A stretch of 64,000 bases of DNA, from assembly GCF_001194135.2 (NCBI RefSeq), contig NC_068994.1, forward strand, positions 44,950,260 to 45,014,259, written 5' to 3'. This DNA is from Octopus bimaculoides. Its lineage: Eukaryota. A model generated the notes under the pieces. It did not search any database. It saw nothing but the letters and a program-made list of their open reading frames with translations, and had not been told where the DNA came from. Below are positions 1-14,295 of this stretch, piece by piece (within the stretch, counting starts at the first letter, position 1; each line of letters starts with the position of its first letter). The translations under genes were made by a program, and so were the position numbers.

Positions 1-369
1 CTGCAACTGTCTCACTAGAAATAAGGCATCAGTAGTGCTTTTACCTGGCACGAACCCAAACTGCATCTCATCTAAATTGATTCGCTCCCTAATTAGTTGG
101 GCTATGACCCTCTCTGTAACTTTCATAACCTGATCTAACAGCTTGATGCCTCTGTAATTATTTCTATCTAAAGCGTCCCCTTTACCTTTGTAGCAGTTGA
201 CTATGATGCTGCTACACCAGTCATTGGGTATGACTCCTTCGTGTATCACCTGGTTCGTAATACGGGTGACTAGGCTATAGCCAACACTGCCAGATATTTT
301 GAGCATCTCTGCAGTGATTCCTGATGGGCCGGGGGCTTTCCCGGTCTTCATACTCTTAATTGCTTTTGA
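1..369 (-). mobile_element. RTE-clade LINE reverse transcriptase fragment (runs off the window edge)
   Basis: Hand translation of the minus strand is open: KAIKSMKTGKAPGPSGITAEMLK...IPNDWCSSIIVNCYKGKGDALDRNNYRGIKLLDQVMKVTERVIAQLIRERINLDEMQFGFVPGKSTTDALFLVRQLQ. This has non-LTR RT N-terminal motifs (KAPG, W...I..KGKGD...NYRGI.L, QFGF..G.STTDA). Confidence 0.93.
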
Positions 370-1530
370 AACCATAATCTTGCAATATAGTGTGTCACAC
401 CCTAGTCATTAACCACACACATTTACATCATCCTTGAGGAGGGGATGCGAGGTTATAAAAAAAAAAGTACTAATCCAGAATGGTGGGTGGGTAGAATTGT
501 AAGAACATCAAACCTAATTGTTTGTGATATTTGTTTCAGTTCTGTACATTTTGAGTTCAAATCCTGTTGTGGCCTACTTGAGTGGTAAACTTCTATTACT
601 TGGTTTAACACCACTACTTGGCACCTTGGGTGCTTTTCGCAGAGTCCTGTCTGTTGCAAGCATTCAGGCCAGGTCTGCGATTTGAGGATACCTTCCTCCT
701 GCTCTCTCTTCTGTCAGTCTCAGAGGCCTTGTAAAAGGTCAGTGACATTGCTCTTCTCTTCTGACTATAAGAAAAATATTCTGTGATCACAGAGTACCAA
801 AAGCACAAGTTGAGGCCTAGCATTTATAGCACCTTTATGGGGACAGGAAGTAAGGTCCCTAATGTACAAAAGGAAAATGTGGGAGACATATCTAAACTCT
901 GAGAACACTAGATGTAACAGCAGATCAGAGAGTGTCCAGCATGTATAACCTGCAATACTGTGGCTTTATAAGCTTTCAGTCCAAGAAATGAGCCAGGTGC
1001 AGGCATGGGAAGGTGACTTAGCTAACTGATGACAAATGTAGCTGAAATTTTTGCTGTCTTCGCTCATGGTTAAATTGACTTCATATTTTTTCATTCCTTT
1101 TCAGTTGGTTAGATAAATTCCATCTAGGTGTATATTATACCTGGTACTTAGAGCTTATTTGATTAATTATGAGTTCTTCTTGTGTATATTTATGGTTTGT
1201 ACCAATGTGAGAATTATAATTTCTTTTTTTTCATTGTGTTTTAACTCAATTTAATAAGTGTTGACTACAGTGTGTGTATCAGTAGCCTTGTGGATAAGAA
1301 TGCAAATATCTTCAGTTTAGAAATAAATGTTACTAGTTTGAATCTTCTCTGGTGTTAAGAACACATCCTGAAATAATACACCTGATGACAATTGGTGGTC
1401 AAACTGTTCAAAATGCAGTGTAGATCTAAATATTGAAGTTTTCTTTCATATCTGCAGATGAGATTAATATTACAAAAAGTTTATAATATTTATAATTTCT
1501 CTCTTTCTTTTTACTGTTTTAAACACCGTA

Positions 1531-1759
1531 TTAGCCCCTTTGATGCCAGTCCATCTGAGACTGCTCGTTGTATGGTACAAAGTCTCTTTTTCAAAGTTAT
1601 CTAAATCAAAAATTTCCCCATGAAAATTCCACATTAGTTTATTTATCAAACATCAGCTTAATATCAACAAAATTGTCGTACTATCTTCTTCATTATCTTT
1701 TAAATTAATTGAAAGAAAAACAGTTTATTTCAGTAGAAATATGGTAACGAAAGGGTTAA
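1531..1759. mobile_element. piggyBac-type MITE, family 1, copy A
   Basis: Ends ttag-CCCCTTTGATGCCA ... TGGTAACGAAAGGG-ttaa (TTAA-type site, CCC/GGG termini). A second related copy lies at 37639-37868. Confidence 0.65.
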
Positions 1760-2832
1760 TACAGAGTTATAGTACATGTGTCAGTGGTTAAGAAAAATAA
1801 AGGTTTTGTTATTAGGTTACAAGATTGTGACTTAATTATAGGAATGGGACAATTATTCTTTTCCTTCCTCTCCAAAGACAGCCAAGTACCCAAAATGTTA
1901 GACTTTCCTTCTTCCTTATGGTATAAGACTATTTGTGTTACTCTTTGCATAAGATGTCACTAGTTTCTTTTGGTTCTACTGTTATATGATTGATGGTTTT
2001 GTACTTGTTCTTTTCCATTACTTTGCCAAGAGCTCTAAAACTAAATTCTGAAATAAAAGAAAAGCAAAGCAAAAGTACAGCTAGCTCTCACAAGTGAACA
2101 TGATCCGGTGACATGTACCATGCTTTTGTTAATTGTTTCAGTTGCCTGTGTAGTTACAAGCAGATGTAGATACTCTCATGGTCTTTGCACCTTTTGCTCG
2201 GCAGAACACCTGGACTGCACCAGCACTCAGCTTTTACTCATTTTCAGCTGAGTAGACTGGAACAACATGGAATGAAGTGCTTTGCTCAAGGAGACAGAGA
2301 AGGGGCTTGCACCAGCACTCAGCTGGTACGCATTTTCAGCTGAGTAGACTGAAGCAACCTGAAATGAAATACTTCTAATCTTGAATTCATTACCCTAACC
2401 ACCAGGCCATGCAGCTTCACTGAAATATTGCTATTGGTCACAAACGACTGACTTCAGTCATACTGGAGCACTGCTATCAAATGTATTGCCAAGTAGAGTG
2501 TAGCTGTCAGTTTCTTTTTTAAATTCCTTACTAACACTGTTGTGTTATCCACAACAATAGAGTAATGTCAGCTATTAACATTCATCTGTTTATTAATGTC
2601 TGTAGCAGTGCGATACGTCATTATTAATAAGATTATAATTTCGTGGTTTATTAATCTCCTCTTTTACTAGAGTGTATATTTACATTTTTACACTATGTTT
2701 CGATCAATTTGATTTATAATCCTCATGTGCATGCTTATTCTATGTGGTCCAAAACTGCTTTCAAACTTGGAATAAGACCTTTCTTTGATGATGGTCGGGG
2801 AAGCTAACTAACGAAATTTTAGTTAGTGTAAA

Positions 2833-3040
2833 TACTCTCTTTACTCTTTTACTTGTTTCAGTCATTTGACTGCGGCCATGCTGGAGCACTGCCTTTTAGC
2901 CGAATCAAATCGACCCCAGGACTTATTCTTTGTAAGCCTAGTACTTATTCTGTCGGTCTCTTTTGCCGAACTGCTAAGTTACGGGGACCTAAACACAGCA
3001 GCATCAATTGTCAAGTGACGTTGGAGGGACTATCATATAT

Positions 3041-3095
<55 letters not shown>

Positions 3096-3410
3096 NNNNN
3101 NNNNNNNNNNNNNNAAAGTGTAGTATATTGCCACTTAAGTGTGGCTGACCCCTAGGGGTGGATGTTACTGTTGCTTTTAGCCCCAGGAGGACATCTCCTC
3201 CAGCTGGCTTATCGACACACGACTGTGTCCTGTTTGCCAAGGGTAGTTATCCCTAACGAGCTTCTTTCAGTTTCCGTCTACCAAATCCACTCACAAGGCA
3301 TTGGTCGGCCCGAGGCTATAGTAGAAGACTCTTGCCCAAGGTGCCACGCAGTGGGACTGAACCTGAGACCATGTGGTTGGTAAGCAAGCTACTTACCACA
3401 CAGCCACTCT
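2833..3410 (-). mobile_element. tRNA-derived SINE family A (TAAAAGAG tail), interrupted by (AT)n, a gap and a nested insertion
   Basis: Matches the uninterrupted copy at 54606-55013. Fragments also at 4240-4368 and 18238-18460. Confidence 0.85.
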
Positions 3411-3592
3411 AGGAAATTATGATCTTATTCATCCAGTTGTTTATCAAGAATCAAAACATTTGCTCCTCTGCCCCAGTTACATAGACAACAATCCCTTGTC
3501 ACTCTATCATAACTAATACAATGAAACATTGATTGGCCTACTCAAAATCTGGAACCAACAACACTCTTTTCATAAAATGTGATATGAAATAG

Positions 3593-3915
3593 CGAAGGTG
3601 TGTGGCTTAGTGGTTAGGGTATTCAGCTTGCAATCATAAGGACATGAGTTCAATTTCTGGCGATGAGTTATGTCCTTGAGCAAGACACTTTATTTCACAT
3701 TGCTCCAGTCCACTCACCTGGTAAAAATGAGCTGTACCTGTATTTCAAAGGGCCAGCCTTGTCACATTCTGTGTCACACTGAATCTCCTTGAGAACTACA
3801 ATAAGGGTACACATGTCTGCGGAGAGTGCTCAACCACTTGCACATTAATTTCATGAGCAGGCTGTTTCGTTGATCAGATCAATTGGAATCCTTGTCATCA
3901 TAACCAACAGAGCAC
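3593..3915 (+). mobile_element. Older diverged copy of SINE family B
   Basis: tRNA-like head (tggcttagtggttagg...gagttcaatt) and core ccttgtcacattctgtgtcacactgaatctcc...gagtgctcaaccacttgcac, as in the copy at 6251-6598. Confidence 0.8.
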
Positions 3916-3917
3916 CA

Positions 3918-3957
<40 letters not shown>

Positions 3958-6250
3958 NNNNNNNNNNNNNNNNNNNNNNNNNNNNNNNNNNNNNNNNNNN
4001 NNNNNNNNNNNNNNNNNNNNNNNNNNNNNNNNNNNNNNNNNNNNNNNNNNNNNNNNNNNNNNNNNNNNNNNNNNNNNNNNNNNNNNNNNNNNNNNNNNNN
4101 NNNNNNNNNNNNNNNNNNNNNNNNNNNNNNNNNNNNNNNNNNNNNNNNNNNNNNNNNNNNNNNNNNNNNNNNNNNNNNNNNNNNNNNNNNNNNNNNNNNN
4201 NNNNNNNNNNNNNNNNNNNNNNNNNNNNNNNNNNNNNNNTTACTCTCTTTTACTTGTTTCAGTCATTTGACTGTGGCCATGCTGGAGCACCGCCTTTAGT
4301 CGAGCAAATCGACCCCAGGACTTATTCTTTGTAAGCCTAGTACTTATTCTATCGGTCTCCTTTTGCCATGAAATGAATAAGTTTAACCTGTATGTGCTAG
4401 GCACTGATGTGCCCTAATAAATTCTGCTGGCCAATTTCAGTACTCATTTGGAAAACCCCAATCACTTTATTCCCATTGGCATGTCAAATGTACTTTATAA
4501 TAAATATTTCATATTTCCTCCTGCTTTTCATGAGAGTAGGGTTTACTGTATACGTTATTGTAACATGAAGCAAGGGTTGATTGAAATCTATTACTCTAGT
4601 ATGAAGCAAAGGTGGTAATCTATCCTACACACACACACCGCTGTGCTGCAGTATCATTCCTTAACAAGCCCCCATCCTCTCATACACATGCTCTTTTATT
4701 AATAGTTACAAGTACAATCAAGCATGTAGAAACAGTATACACACACACAGGAGCCGACAGTCATACATACACACAGGAGCCACCAGTCATACATACACAC
4801 ATGGATGGACATAGGGACACCATACACAAAAAGCATGTACAGAACACACACACACACACACTCACTCACTCATAAGCAGCCACAGGCACACAAATATCTA
4901 AACACTTACTGAGATAGAAATACAAATGTAGATAAAAGCAGACATACAAACGTTAATTAGTCAGTTGGCATATACACATACACACACACGCACATAGCAT
5001 TCAGTTTCATGTTATCCTAGTTACGTTAATCAAAGAAAAGTTTTACTACTATTTATTGAGGCATCGAGCTATGAGGACTTCAGTTCTGTCTGTTTATATC
5101 TGTCTGTCTCTCTCTCTCTCTGTCTACCATCATAAATCAAGAAAATGACTTACTTACCAACCACTCTTCGTACTTACTACATTCTCCCTTGTACCTCATC
5201 ACCAATCATGCTGTTACTGTATTAGAGCATTTAAAAAAAATTTTCTTATAAATATCAATTGTGAGTCATTATTATTATTATTATTATTATTGTTCAGTAG
5301 TTTTATTTTTATAACGTGCTTTCACTTCACTACCGAGCGCAGCTCTGTGTGCCTTGGGTATGTGCTGTGGTTTGCTGTGATGCTCTTATGGTTACTGTAT
5401 TGAAAGTGTTTTGCGTAGGATGTGTGCAGTGCCCAGTAGTGCAATTTTCTGTATGTTATATATATTTGCCAGTCCTGGTGTTTTTGTTATGTCTTTGTCT
5501 GAATATTTTTTTAATTATACCTAAGGCACCTACTATGATAGGAATTGTTTCTGTTTTTAGATTCCACATTCGAGTTACCTCTATTTCCAGGTCTTTGTAT
5601 TTTGAAAGTTTTTCCATTTCTTTATTATTATTATTATTATTATTGCTATTGTTATAATTACATTTAAGAATTCAATATTATTACTATAATTATTGTTTCC
5701 ATCATTGTTAACACTGTTCTCATTAGGGTGCACATGCTTTCATTGTATGTTTTCAACTAATGTCATTTGTTAACCCTAGCAGTGACTGTGGATGCACTTA
5801 TCCCAATTACTGTAAACTTGTGTGTGCAGTACAGTTTTATTGTAATGACGTCACTCCACAGCCTGCCTTCGGCAGTTTAACCTCCACCTCTCGGCTACAA
5901 CAAGAGGGGCAGCATGGTGGGTAAGACGAGGAGGAGTGAGGTCCTCTCCGATGAAACCTGTGCTTACTGCTATCAACCCTCGTTGCTACCTTCAGTCCTA
6001 GATGCTGCATTGATGATGGTAAGTAAAGCCTTGCTGTTGAGTCAATTTTATGAAAAGTAAGGTTGGATAGCTGACACAGTGTGGAGAAAAGTGCAGTTTC
6101 TTAAATACTCATATATTCTTGAGTCTTTCTGAATAACCGGTCCCTTTTTTTTTTTTTTTTTTNNNNNNNNNNNNNNNNNNNNNNNNNNNNNNNNNNNNNN
6201 NNNNNNNNNNNNNNNNNNNNNNNNNNNNNNNNNNNNNNNNNNNNNNNNNN

Positions 6251-6598
6251 TCATAGGATCGCGGTTTTGATTCCCAGACAGGGCGTTGTGAGTGTTTATT
6301 GAGCGAAAACACCTAAAAGCCCCACGAGGCTCCGGCGGGGGATGGTGGCGAACCCTGCTGTACTCTTCCACCACAACTTTCTCTCACTTTTACTTCCTGT
6401 CTCTGTTGTGCCTGTAATTCAAAGGGTCAGCCTTGTCACACTGTCACGCTGAATATCCCCGAGAACTACGTTAAGGGTACACGTGTCTGTGGAGTGCTCA
6501 GCCACTTGCATGATAATTTCACAAGCAGGCTGTTCCGTTGATCGGATCAACTGGAACCCTCGACGTCGTAAGCGACGGAGTGCCAACAACAACAACAA
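6251..6598 (+). mobile_element. Young SINE family B copy (5' end hidden in gap), (CAA)n tail
   Basis: Nearly identical to the reverse complement of 45886-46259 and 29130-29518. Confidence 0.9.
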
Positions 6599-9020
6599 TA
6601 TATGGTTATATATATTCATGTGATATACATTTATATTCTTCATGATGTCTATGTGTGTGATCGTTATCATCATCAATATTTAGCTTCCACTTTTCCATGC
6701 TTGCATGGAATTTGTTGAGGTAGATTTTTCTATGACTGGATGCTCTTCTTGTCGTCAAGCCTCACCTGTTCCTAAGCAAAGGAATATTTTCCCCATGGCC
6801 ATACATCCTTTCCCTGGACGACTGGAAATGCACAACATCACTTCTATGATAGTGATGCTCATTTACAGCCATTATGAGATTATGCCTAGAGAAGGGGACA
6901 CTCACACACACACTCACACACACACTCACACACATACAAAAATACATATATGTATATAACATACAGTTGTGATGAATACTGAATTAAAATTGTGATTATC
7001 ACAGTTTTAATTTGATATTAATGGCAACTGTCTGGCGAACGGGAACGTGAAACTCTGAGTAACAATTTATGAAGATTTTGCAGCTTTAATAAAAGTACAC
7101 ACACATACAGTAGGCTTCTTTCTGTTTCCATCTACTAAATCTACTCACAAGGCTTCTGTTGGCCTGGGGTTATAGTAGAAGACATTTGCCTAAAGTGCTA
7201 CACGGTAAGACTGATCCAAAGTAGGTTTACGGGAACTGTTTGGAAACCTATTCAGAGGGCCAGAGCATTTTCACATAGATTGTCTAAACGAACCTGCCTG
7301 GAAATTACATCAAGTGTACTTGACTGTAGAATCAACAACTTACACTCTGAGATAAGTTCCATTGACCAAACAACAGACAGACTTATTTGTTCAAAACTGA
7401 TAAGAGTCCATTTATGTGTGAATGTGTGTCTTGTTATGAATTTTGCGAGTTTTCTGTCTGTCTATCTGTCCCTCTCTCTTTCTTTCTCTGTCTTTCAATG
7501 TGTTTTTATGTTGTTTGTGTTTATGTTCATATTTTGGTTGCTACTCCATTAAATTCATCATACTGCAGGGTTACATGACGTAAAAGGCATCCATGCTGGT
7601 GACACGTAACAGGCACCCGTAGCAGTGATACATGAAAGGCACCTGTGCTGGTGACACGTGTAAGAAATGCCCAGTACACTCTGTAAAGTGGTTGGTGTTG
7701 AGGAAGGGCACCCAGCCATTGAAACCAAGCCACAGCAGACAACTGGAGCCTAGTGCAGCTCTCCAGCTTACCAGCTCTGGTCAAACTGGCTAACCCATGC
7801 CAGCATGGAAACAGACATTAAATGATGATGGTGGTGGTGGTTTGATGAATTTAGTTGTACATGTTTAATGGCTTCCCTTGTCACCTCATGTCACCACTCA
7901 TCATATCACCACCCATTGCCTTGGTGCCCCTCACTTCACCACTCCTCACCTCGTCACTTGAATACCCCATCACCTCTCTGCCCACTTTTCATTGTTCCTT
8001 ATCTTGCCACCCACCCTATCACTTTCCCCACTCATCACCTTGCTACCCTTACCTCACCATGCCTCACCTCACCACTCCTCGCCTCACTACTTCTCACCCC
8101 ACTACTTCCCACCCCACTGCTCCTCACCTCGCCACCCATCACTTCCCTCTAGATAATCTTGCTACTACTTCCCCTCTCACTTCACACCCATTATCTTGTT
8201 GCTCATCACCTCTCTGCCCCTTCGCCTCATCTCACCGTCCCTAATCTCGCTGTACCTCACCTCACCATGCATCACCTTGCACACTAGTAACCCTGAAATC
8301 CACTTGAATTAGCATTCAGTTTGATACTGAAGCAAAATAATGCTATCTTATTATTGTAGCCTACTTAATAAATATAAACACCCACTCAAGCTCTCCCCAC
8401 ACACACACCTACACACGCCTATTTACATACACCTAAAACTTTTTGTTTATTAATGTTACCCATGGAGAAAATAACGGTGCTATTATTTGGCAGAATTGTA
8501 TTTTTTCTGGGGGTTTTTTTAATTAAAATTTTTTTTTTTAATTCTATGTTCTGAGTTCAAATCTTGCTATGGTCAACTTGGCATTTTATTGTCTTAGTGT
8601 CAATAAAATGAAGTAACCATCAAGTATTGAGGTTTGTTCAATTGATTTGTACCTTCTGCCAAAAGTGGAAACAAAACACACACACACATACACAAAAGGC
8701 TTCCACACAGTTTCTGTCTACCAAATTCATTCACAAGGCATTGGTTGCTGCAGAGCTGTAATAGCAGGAGAAATTTACCCAAGATGCTGCACAGTGGGAC
8801 TGAACCCAATACCATGTGGTTGCAAAGTGAACTTCTTAACCACACAACTGTGCCAGCACCCATAGTAAAATAATCATGTTTATTATATGTGCACATCTTG
8901 CTGAGGTCAACTGTACCTTTTCCTTTTTTAAGGTTCAAGTTTTGGTGTTGATATAATTAACCAGGTTCCTTCCTCAAATTTGACGGGTTTCTTTTTTTTG
9001 ATTGTATTGGAAATCATCCA

Positions 9021-9290
9021 TCATCATCATCATCATCGTTTAACGTCCGCTTTCCATGCTAACATGGGTTGGACGATTTGACTGAGGACTGGTGAACCAG
9101 GTGGCTGCACCAGGCTCCAATCTGATTTGGCAGAGTTTCTACAGCTGGATGCCCTTCCTAATGCCAACCGCTCCGAGAGTGTAGTGGGTGCTTTTACATG
9201 CCACCGGCACGAAGGCCAGTCAGGCGGTGCTGACAACAGCCACGCTCGAAATGGTGTATTTTACGTGCTACCTGCACAGGAGCCAGTCCA
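9021..9290 (-). mobile_element. Retroposon with RTE-like 3' end and (GAT)n tail (family D)
   Basis: catcatcatcgtttaacgtccgctttccatgct..catgggttggacg...ggatgcccttcctaatgccaacc. Near-identical copies at 26312-26493 and 50663-50831; diverged copies at 7575-7830, 33840-34022, 43404-43650 and 50130-50332. Confidence 0.85.
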
Positions 9291-10047
9291 GTATCTGTGG
9301 AAAATAATAATAAACAAACCAACTTTTTATTTGTCCAAAACTGTATTTTAGTATATTACAACACAATTAGGTGGCGAGCTGGCAAAATCGTTTGCATGCC
9401 AGGTAGAATGCTTAGAGGTATTTTGTTCAAGTTTATGTTCTGAGTTCAAGTTGCATCGTGGTTGATTTTGCCTTTCTTTCTTTAGGGGTCGATAAACTAA
9501 GTACCAGTTAAGCACTGGGGTTGATGTAATTGACATTGACTTAGCCCTTCCCTCGAAATTGCTGGCCTTGTGCCAAAATTTGAAACCAATAAATTACAAC
9601 ACAGTCAGTGTTAGACAACCACACATTGACTCTGCCCACCACCACCATATCATAGCATTTTGCTGTGTTCAGCAGAAATGTCTCCAGTTTTTTATGCCAT
9701 TCAAAGAATTTACCATTTTGTAGCAAAAGAGAAAAAAAAAGGAAAAAAGTTGTATTTATTTTAATTCTGAGTTTTAATGATTCTGCGAATGTGTCCTTAT
9801 ATACATTTGTGTGTCTTTATATATGCATATGTGTGTATAATCATGCGTATATCTGTCTGTCTGTATTGTTGGTTCCTTTCACTGTGTGCACGCCTGCATA
9901 TTTGGGTGCTCACACACACACACACACATATATATATATAATCTATGTATATGTCTCTGTTCATTTATTTCTTTGTTTTTGTGCCTGTAATATTATATGT
10001 GTATACACACACACACACAGACACACACACACACACACACACACACA

Positions 10048-10247
10048 AGGGGGGGTGCTGAAAAGTTCCTGGCTTTGGGTAAAAGAAAATACAGGAAGTT
10101 CTGTTAATTATGATTTTATTCAACATTCATCCCCCCACCTCTCAAATTTACACACTTATTGCAGCAGTACTTAAGTTTTCCTAAGCCCTGTAAAAGAACT
10201 CAGAAGGCTGGGTCTCTAACCAGGCCTTTCGTGATACCCACAAAGCC
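10048..10247. mobile_element. mariner-derived MITE (cut by gap)
   Basis: Starts gggggtgctgaaaagttcctggcttt. Same family as 35668-35882. Confidence 0.7.
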
Positions 10248-10668
10248 NNNNNNNNNNNNNNNNNNNNNNNNNNNNNNNNNNNNNNNNNNNNNNNNNNNNN
10301 NNNNNNNNNNNNNNNNNNNNNNNNNNNNNNNNNNNNNNNNNNNNNNNNNNNNNNNNNNNNNNNNNNNNNNNNNNNNNNNNNNNNNNNNNNNNNNNNNNNN
10401 NNNNNNNNNNNNNNNNNNNNNNNNNNNNNNNNNNNNNNNNNNNNNNNNNNNNNNNNNNNNNNNNNNNNNNNNNNNNNNNNNNNNNNNNNNNNNNNNNNNN
10501 NNNNNNNNNNNNNNNNNNNNNNNNNNNNNNNNNNNNNNNNNNNNNNNNNNNNNNNNNNNNNNNNNNNNNNNNNNNNNNNNNNNNNNNNNNNNNNNNNNNN
10601 NNNNNNNNNNNNNNNNNNNNNNNNNNNNNNNNNNNNNNNNNNNNNNNNNNNNNNNNNNNNNNNNNNNN

Positions 10669-10710
<42 letters not shown>

Positions 10711-11097
10711 CTCTTTTACTTGTTTCAACTGAGATTAATGCTATGACTCCAGTACTTATTTCAAAGCCTGGTACTATTTTATTGATATCATTTTGTTGCA
10801 CTACTAAATTATGGAACATATACACTGACACATAAAGACATCCCCCCACACAAACACATATTCTGTTTTGTAAAAGTTAGTCAACAATATATACTGTGTG
10901 AGGGGTTAATACAGAGTTTCCATCTATGAATTGCTCTCCCAAGATAGTCTTTTTTAAGGCTAAAGTAGATATTTGCCCAATATATCATGAACCCAAGGCC
11001 ATGTTGTTGCAAAGCAGACTTTTCAACCACATAACCATGCTAGCCCATCTATCTATCTATCTATCTAACTATCCACCCATCACTCATCCATCATCTA

Positions 11098-11143
<46 letters not shown>

Positions 11144-11957
11144 GGTTTAGTCAGTGGAGGAAGAGCAGTGCCCATGATCCCTTTAAGGGCCACCATCATT
11201 TGAAAAGCACATTATAAAGATATCCAAAACCAGGTGCTGGTGTTGGAATGGGTGATAGATTAAGTCTACTACAACAATAATTATAAAGTATAAAGAGAGG
11301 AGAGATGGTGTTTGTAATATTTGTAGGAGGATTTACAACAAAGGTCATGAAGGCTGCCTCTCTTCCTCTGATGAATAAAAGATAAATTATAGAAAAATAT
11401 TTTTTATATAGGGCAGTGGCTAGCAGAATTGATAGTGTAGTAGACATAAGTGAGTCCAGATCCTGTTGATTTTCAAATCCCTGGAAGAGATGACAAAGCT
11501 AAAATCCCCAGAAGGGATCGATGAACATTGATCAAGAACTGAGATTGATATAGTTTACTATAAAATCTATTGACACTCATCAAAAAAAAAAAGAAAAACT
11601 GTGGCCTTGCAACTAGGTCAGCAATTATTGTTGTTGTTTGACTTAAGTGAAAATTTGCTGAGTTTGCAGAAAGGTTTGAGAGTCTAAGAGAGATATTCCT
11701 GAGTCGATTTTAGTAAGTAAAGGTGATGAGCTGGCAGAATCGTAATAGCATCAGAGAAAATGCTTTGCAGCATTCATACCAGCTCCTTCTGAGTTCAAAT
11801 CCTACTGAGGTCACCTTCACTTTTCACCCTTTCAGGGGTCAATGAAATAAAGTACCAGTCAACTATTGGTGTTGATATAATCGGCTTCACCTCTCACTAC
11901 CACCACCACCTCAGAAATTGCTGGCCTTGTGCTAAAATTTGAAACTATTATTATTAT

Positions 11958-12530
11958 CATTGAGTGAGAGAGCAGTGTATGCCATCAAAGTGACACTGAG
12001 GTAAAATATACGAAGTCCATTATACCCATCATGACAACCCGTCCAATAAGGATACACTAGGCACATGCATCACAAACATATGTGCACAATGTGGTGATCT
12101 TATATCAAGATAAACAGCACATGATTTTGCAGGTAGGGCCCAGTTAGAATTTTTTTCAGGTTGAGTAGCTCATCCCACTGAAAAGGTCCCTGAATAAGGG
12201 TTGCTTAAGGATATTGAATGAAACACCCATGTTTCCAAAGGTGAATTATCCAAACCCCAAAGAATTCCTTTCAACACATGGCTATGATGCTCCCCTACTA
12301 CTTCTGCTCATGATCAGAGATGCACATTTCATCAGCCACTAAGGGACATGCTCAACTGGTTATGCTTAAACAACTGACAAGCAAACTGTGATATTGAGCA
12401 GAATATTTGCTGTAGCCCATCTTTTATACCAAGACAAGACAATGTACATGACGACACTTCCAATCAGTTTAGATCAGAAGCCATGAGAGCCACTACTTGG
12501 TATTGCATAAGGGTATTTAATATTATTATT
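11958..12530. repeat. Unclassified interspersed repeat, second copy at 20395-20762
   Basis: About 370 bp shared (aaaaggtccctgaat..agggttgcttaaggat...gatcagaagccatgagagccact). This copy sits between ATT tracts. Confidence 0.8.
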
Positions 12531-14295
12531 AAGGCAGCTGACTGAGTTGTTATTGTGTTGGACAAAATGGTTAGTGGCATTTTTCCAGCTCTTTACATTC
12601 TGAGTTCAAATTCTACTGATGTCAACTTTGCCTTTCAGGGCCAGTGAAATAAGTGTCAATTGAGCACTGGAGTTGATGTAATCAGCCAACCCCTCCCCCC
12701 AAATTTCAGGCCTTGTGTCTGTAGTAGAAAGGATTATTATTAACATTATTATTAGGATGGTAGAGTGATAGAATTGTTAGTGTTGGACAAAAATATCATA
12801 CAGTATTTGTCTCTTTACATTCTGGGTTCAAACCTTGCTGAGATCAACTTTGCCTTTCATCTCTCCTGAGTCAATAAAATAGATTACCAGTCAAATACTT
12901 GCATCATTGGTATCAACTAACACTCTCCCCTCCAAAAATTACTAGTTTTCTGGCCAATTTAGAAATGAGTATTAATTATTATGAATGCATTGCATTTGGC
13001 AGAGACAATAGAGTGCTGGACAATTTACCTTATAGTTTGATATTTATGTCAGTGTGTTTTGAGTTCAAATCCTGTCAAGGTTGACTTGGCCTTTCACTTT
13101 TGGGAGTCAATAAAATAAGTACTTATTTCTGTTCTTTATCCCCAGGTCAGCCCTGTCAAGTAGTTTTATGTTCAAAAGTATTCTTGTCATGATCATCTTA
13201 GCTTTTTCATATTTGATGGGGATCTGGGATCGCATTATCCAACATACCCTTTTCTAAGATGGTAGCATGTGATTTGAAGGATATTTGGTTGCTATTTCTT
13301 GTGAGCTGAGCAACCACCATGGTCAGAATTCCTCTAACTACTTAAGTTCCTGGGTTCAGATCCTGCCTAGGTGAAGTTTGCCTTTCCATCCCTTCAGGAT
13401 AGATAAAATAAAGTGCCAAATCAAGCAACAGTGTTGATTGCCTCAGTGAACTTCTCAATATTTGCTGGCTAAATTAGAATCAAATTTTTATCAGTGTTGC
13501 AACTTTGCCATCCTCCTCCTCCCCCACTGAAGTTTGACACTTGTACTTTTACATAACAAGAGAAATATATATGCCATACCCTCCTCTCTGCTACCTCCTT
13601 TTGCAGGTTGATAGAGCAGGGTGGGATGAAGGGAAGGGAGGAAGTGCTTATACTACCCATTCCTGTTCAGAATGTAGGGTGAAAGGAGTTGTTGATATTG
13701 TGAAAGCTTTCTTTCTTCTCATGTGGAATTTAGACAATTTTAATAAGTACCAAATGTTGTTTATCTCCAGTGTCCCACTGCCTTTGTTTCCAACTGTTGT
13801 CTGTTCTCACCAGGACATCACCTGGATGGCTGCAGAGATGTGGGGAGTAGTCAGCACTTGACTACTGAAAGTAGTCAAGTGTGTTGTTGTTGTTGTTTCC
13901 TCCACAACCCTCTTGCATCTACCCTTCCTTCTTCCTTGCTGGCTTGTTATTCCTGCTTACAGTTTAAACTGGAATCATAACATTTAATCTGCTGCCGACC
14001 TTTTAACCTATATTAAAAACCCTGTTTGTGGTGTGTATGCACAAAGACAGAGAGAGAGAGAGAGAGAGAGAATGTGTGTGTGTGTGTAGGAGCAAGGCGA
14101 AATGTGAACTTTTGAAAATGAAAAATGGTTATACACTCTGAACCAACCATCACCTTTTCCCTTTCCGCCTCTGACTGATCAAGTCATGTACACGTGTGTG
14201 TGTGTATGTCTGTATGCATGCGAGTATATAAAGACATTCAATAAATATATACATTATTCACATATATTTTATACACTCACACACACACACATATG

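Noticed and set aside
7855-8290. Overlapping 94-129 aa ORFs rich in P/T/H/S/L
   Set aside because: C/T-rich low-complexity (CACCT-like) repeat; the ORFs result from composition.
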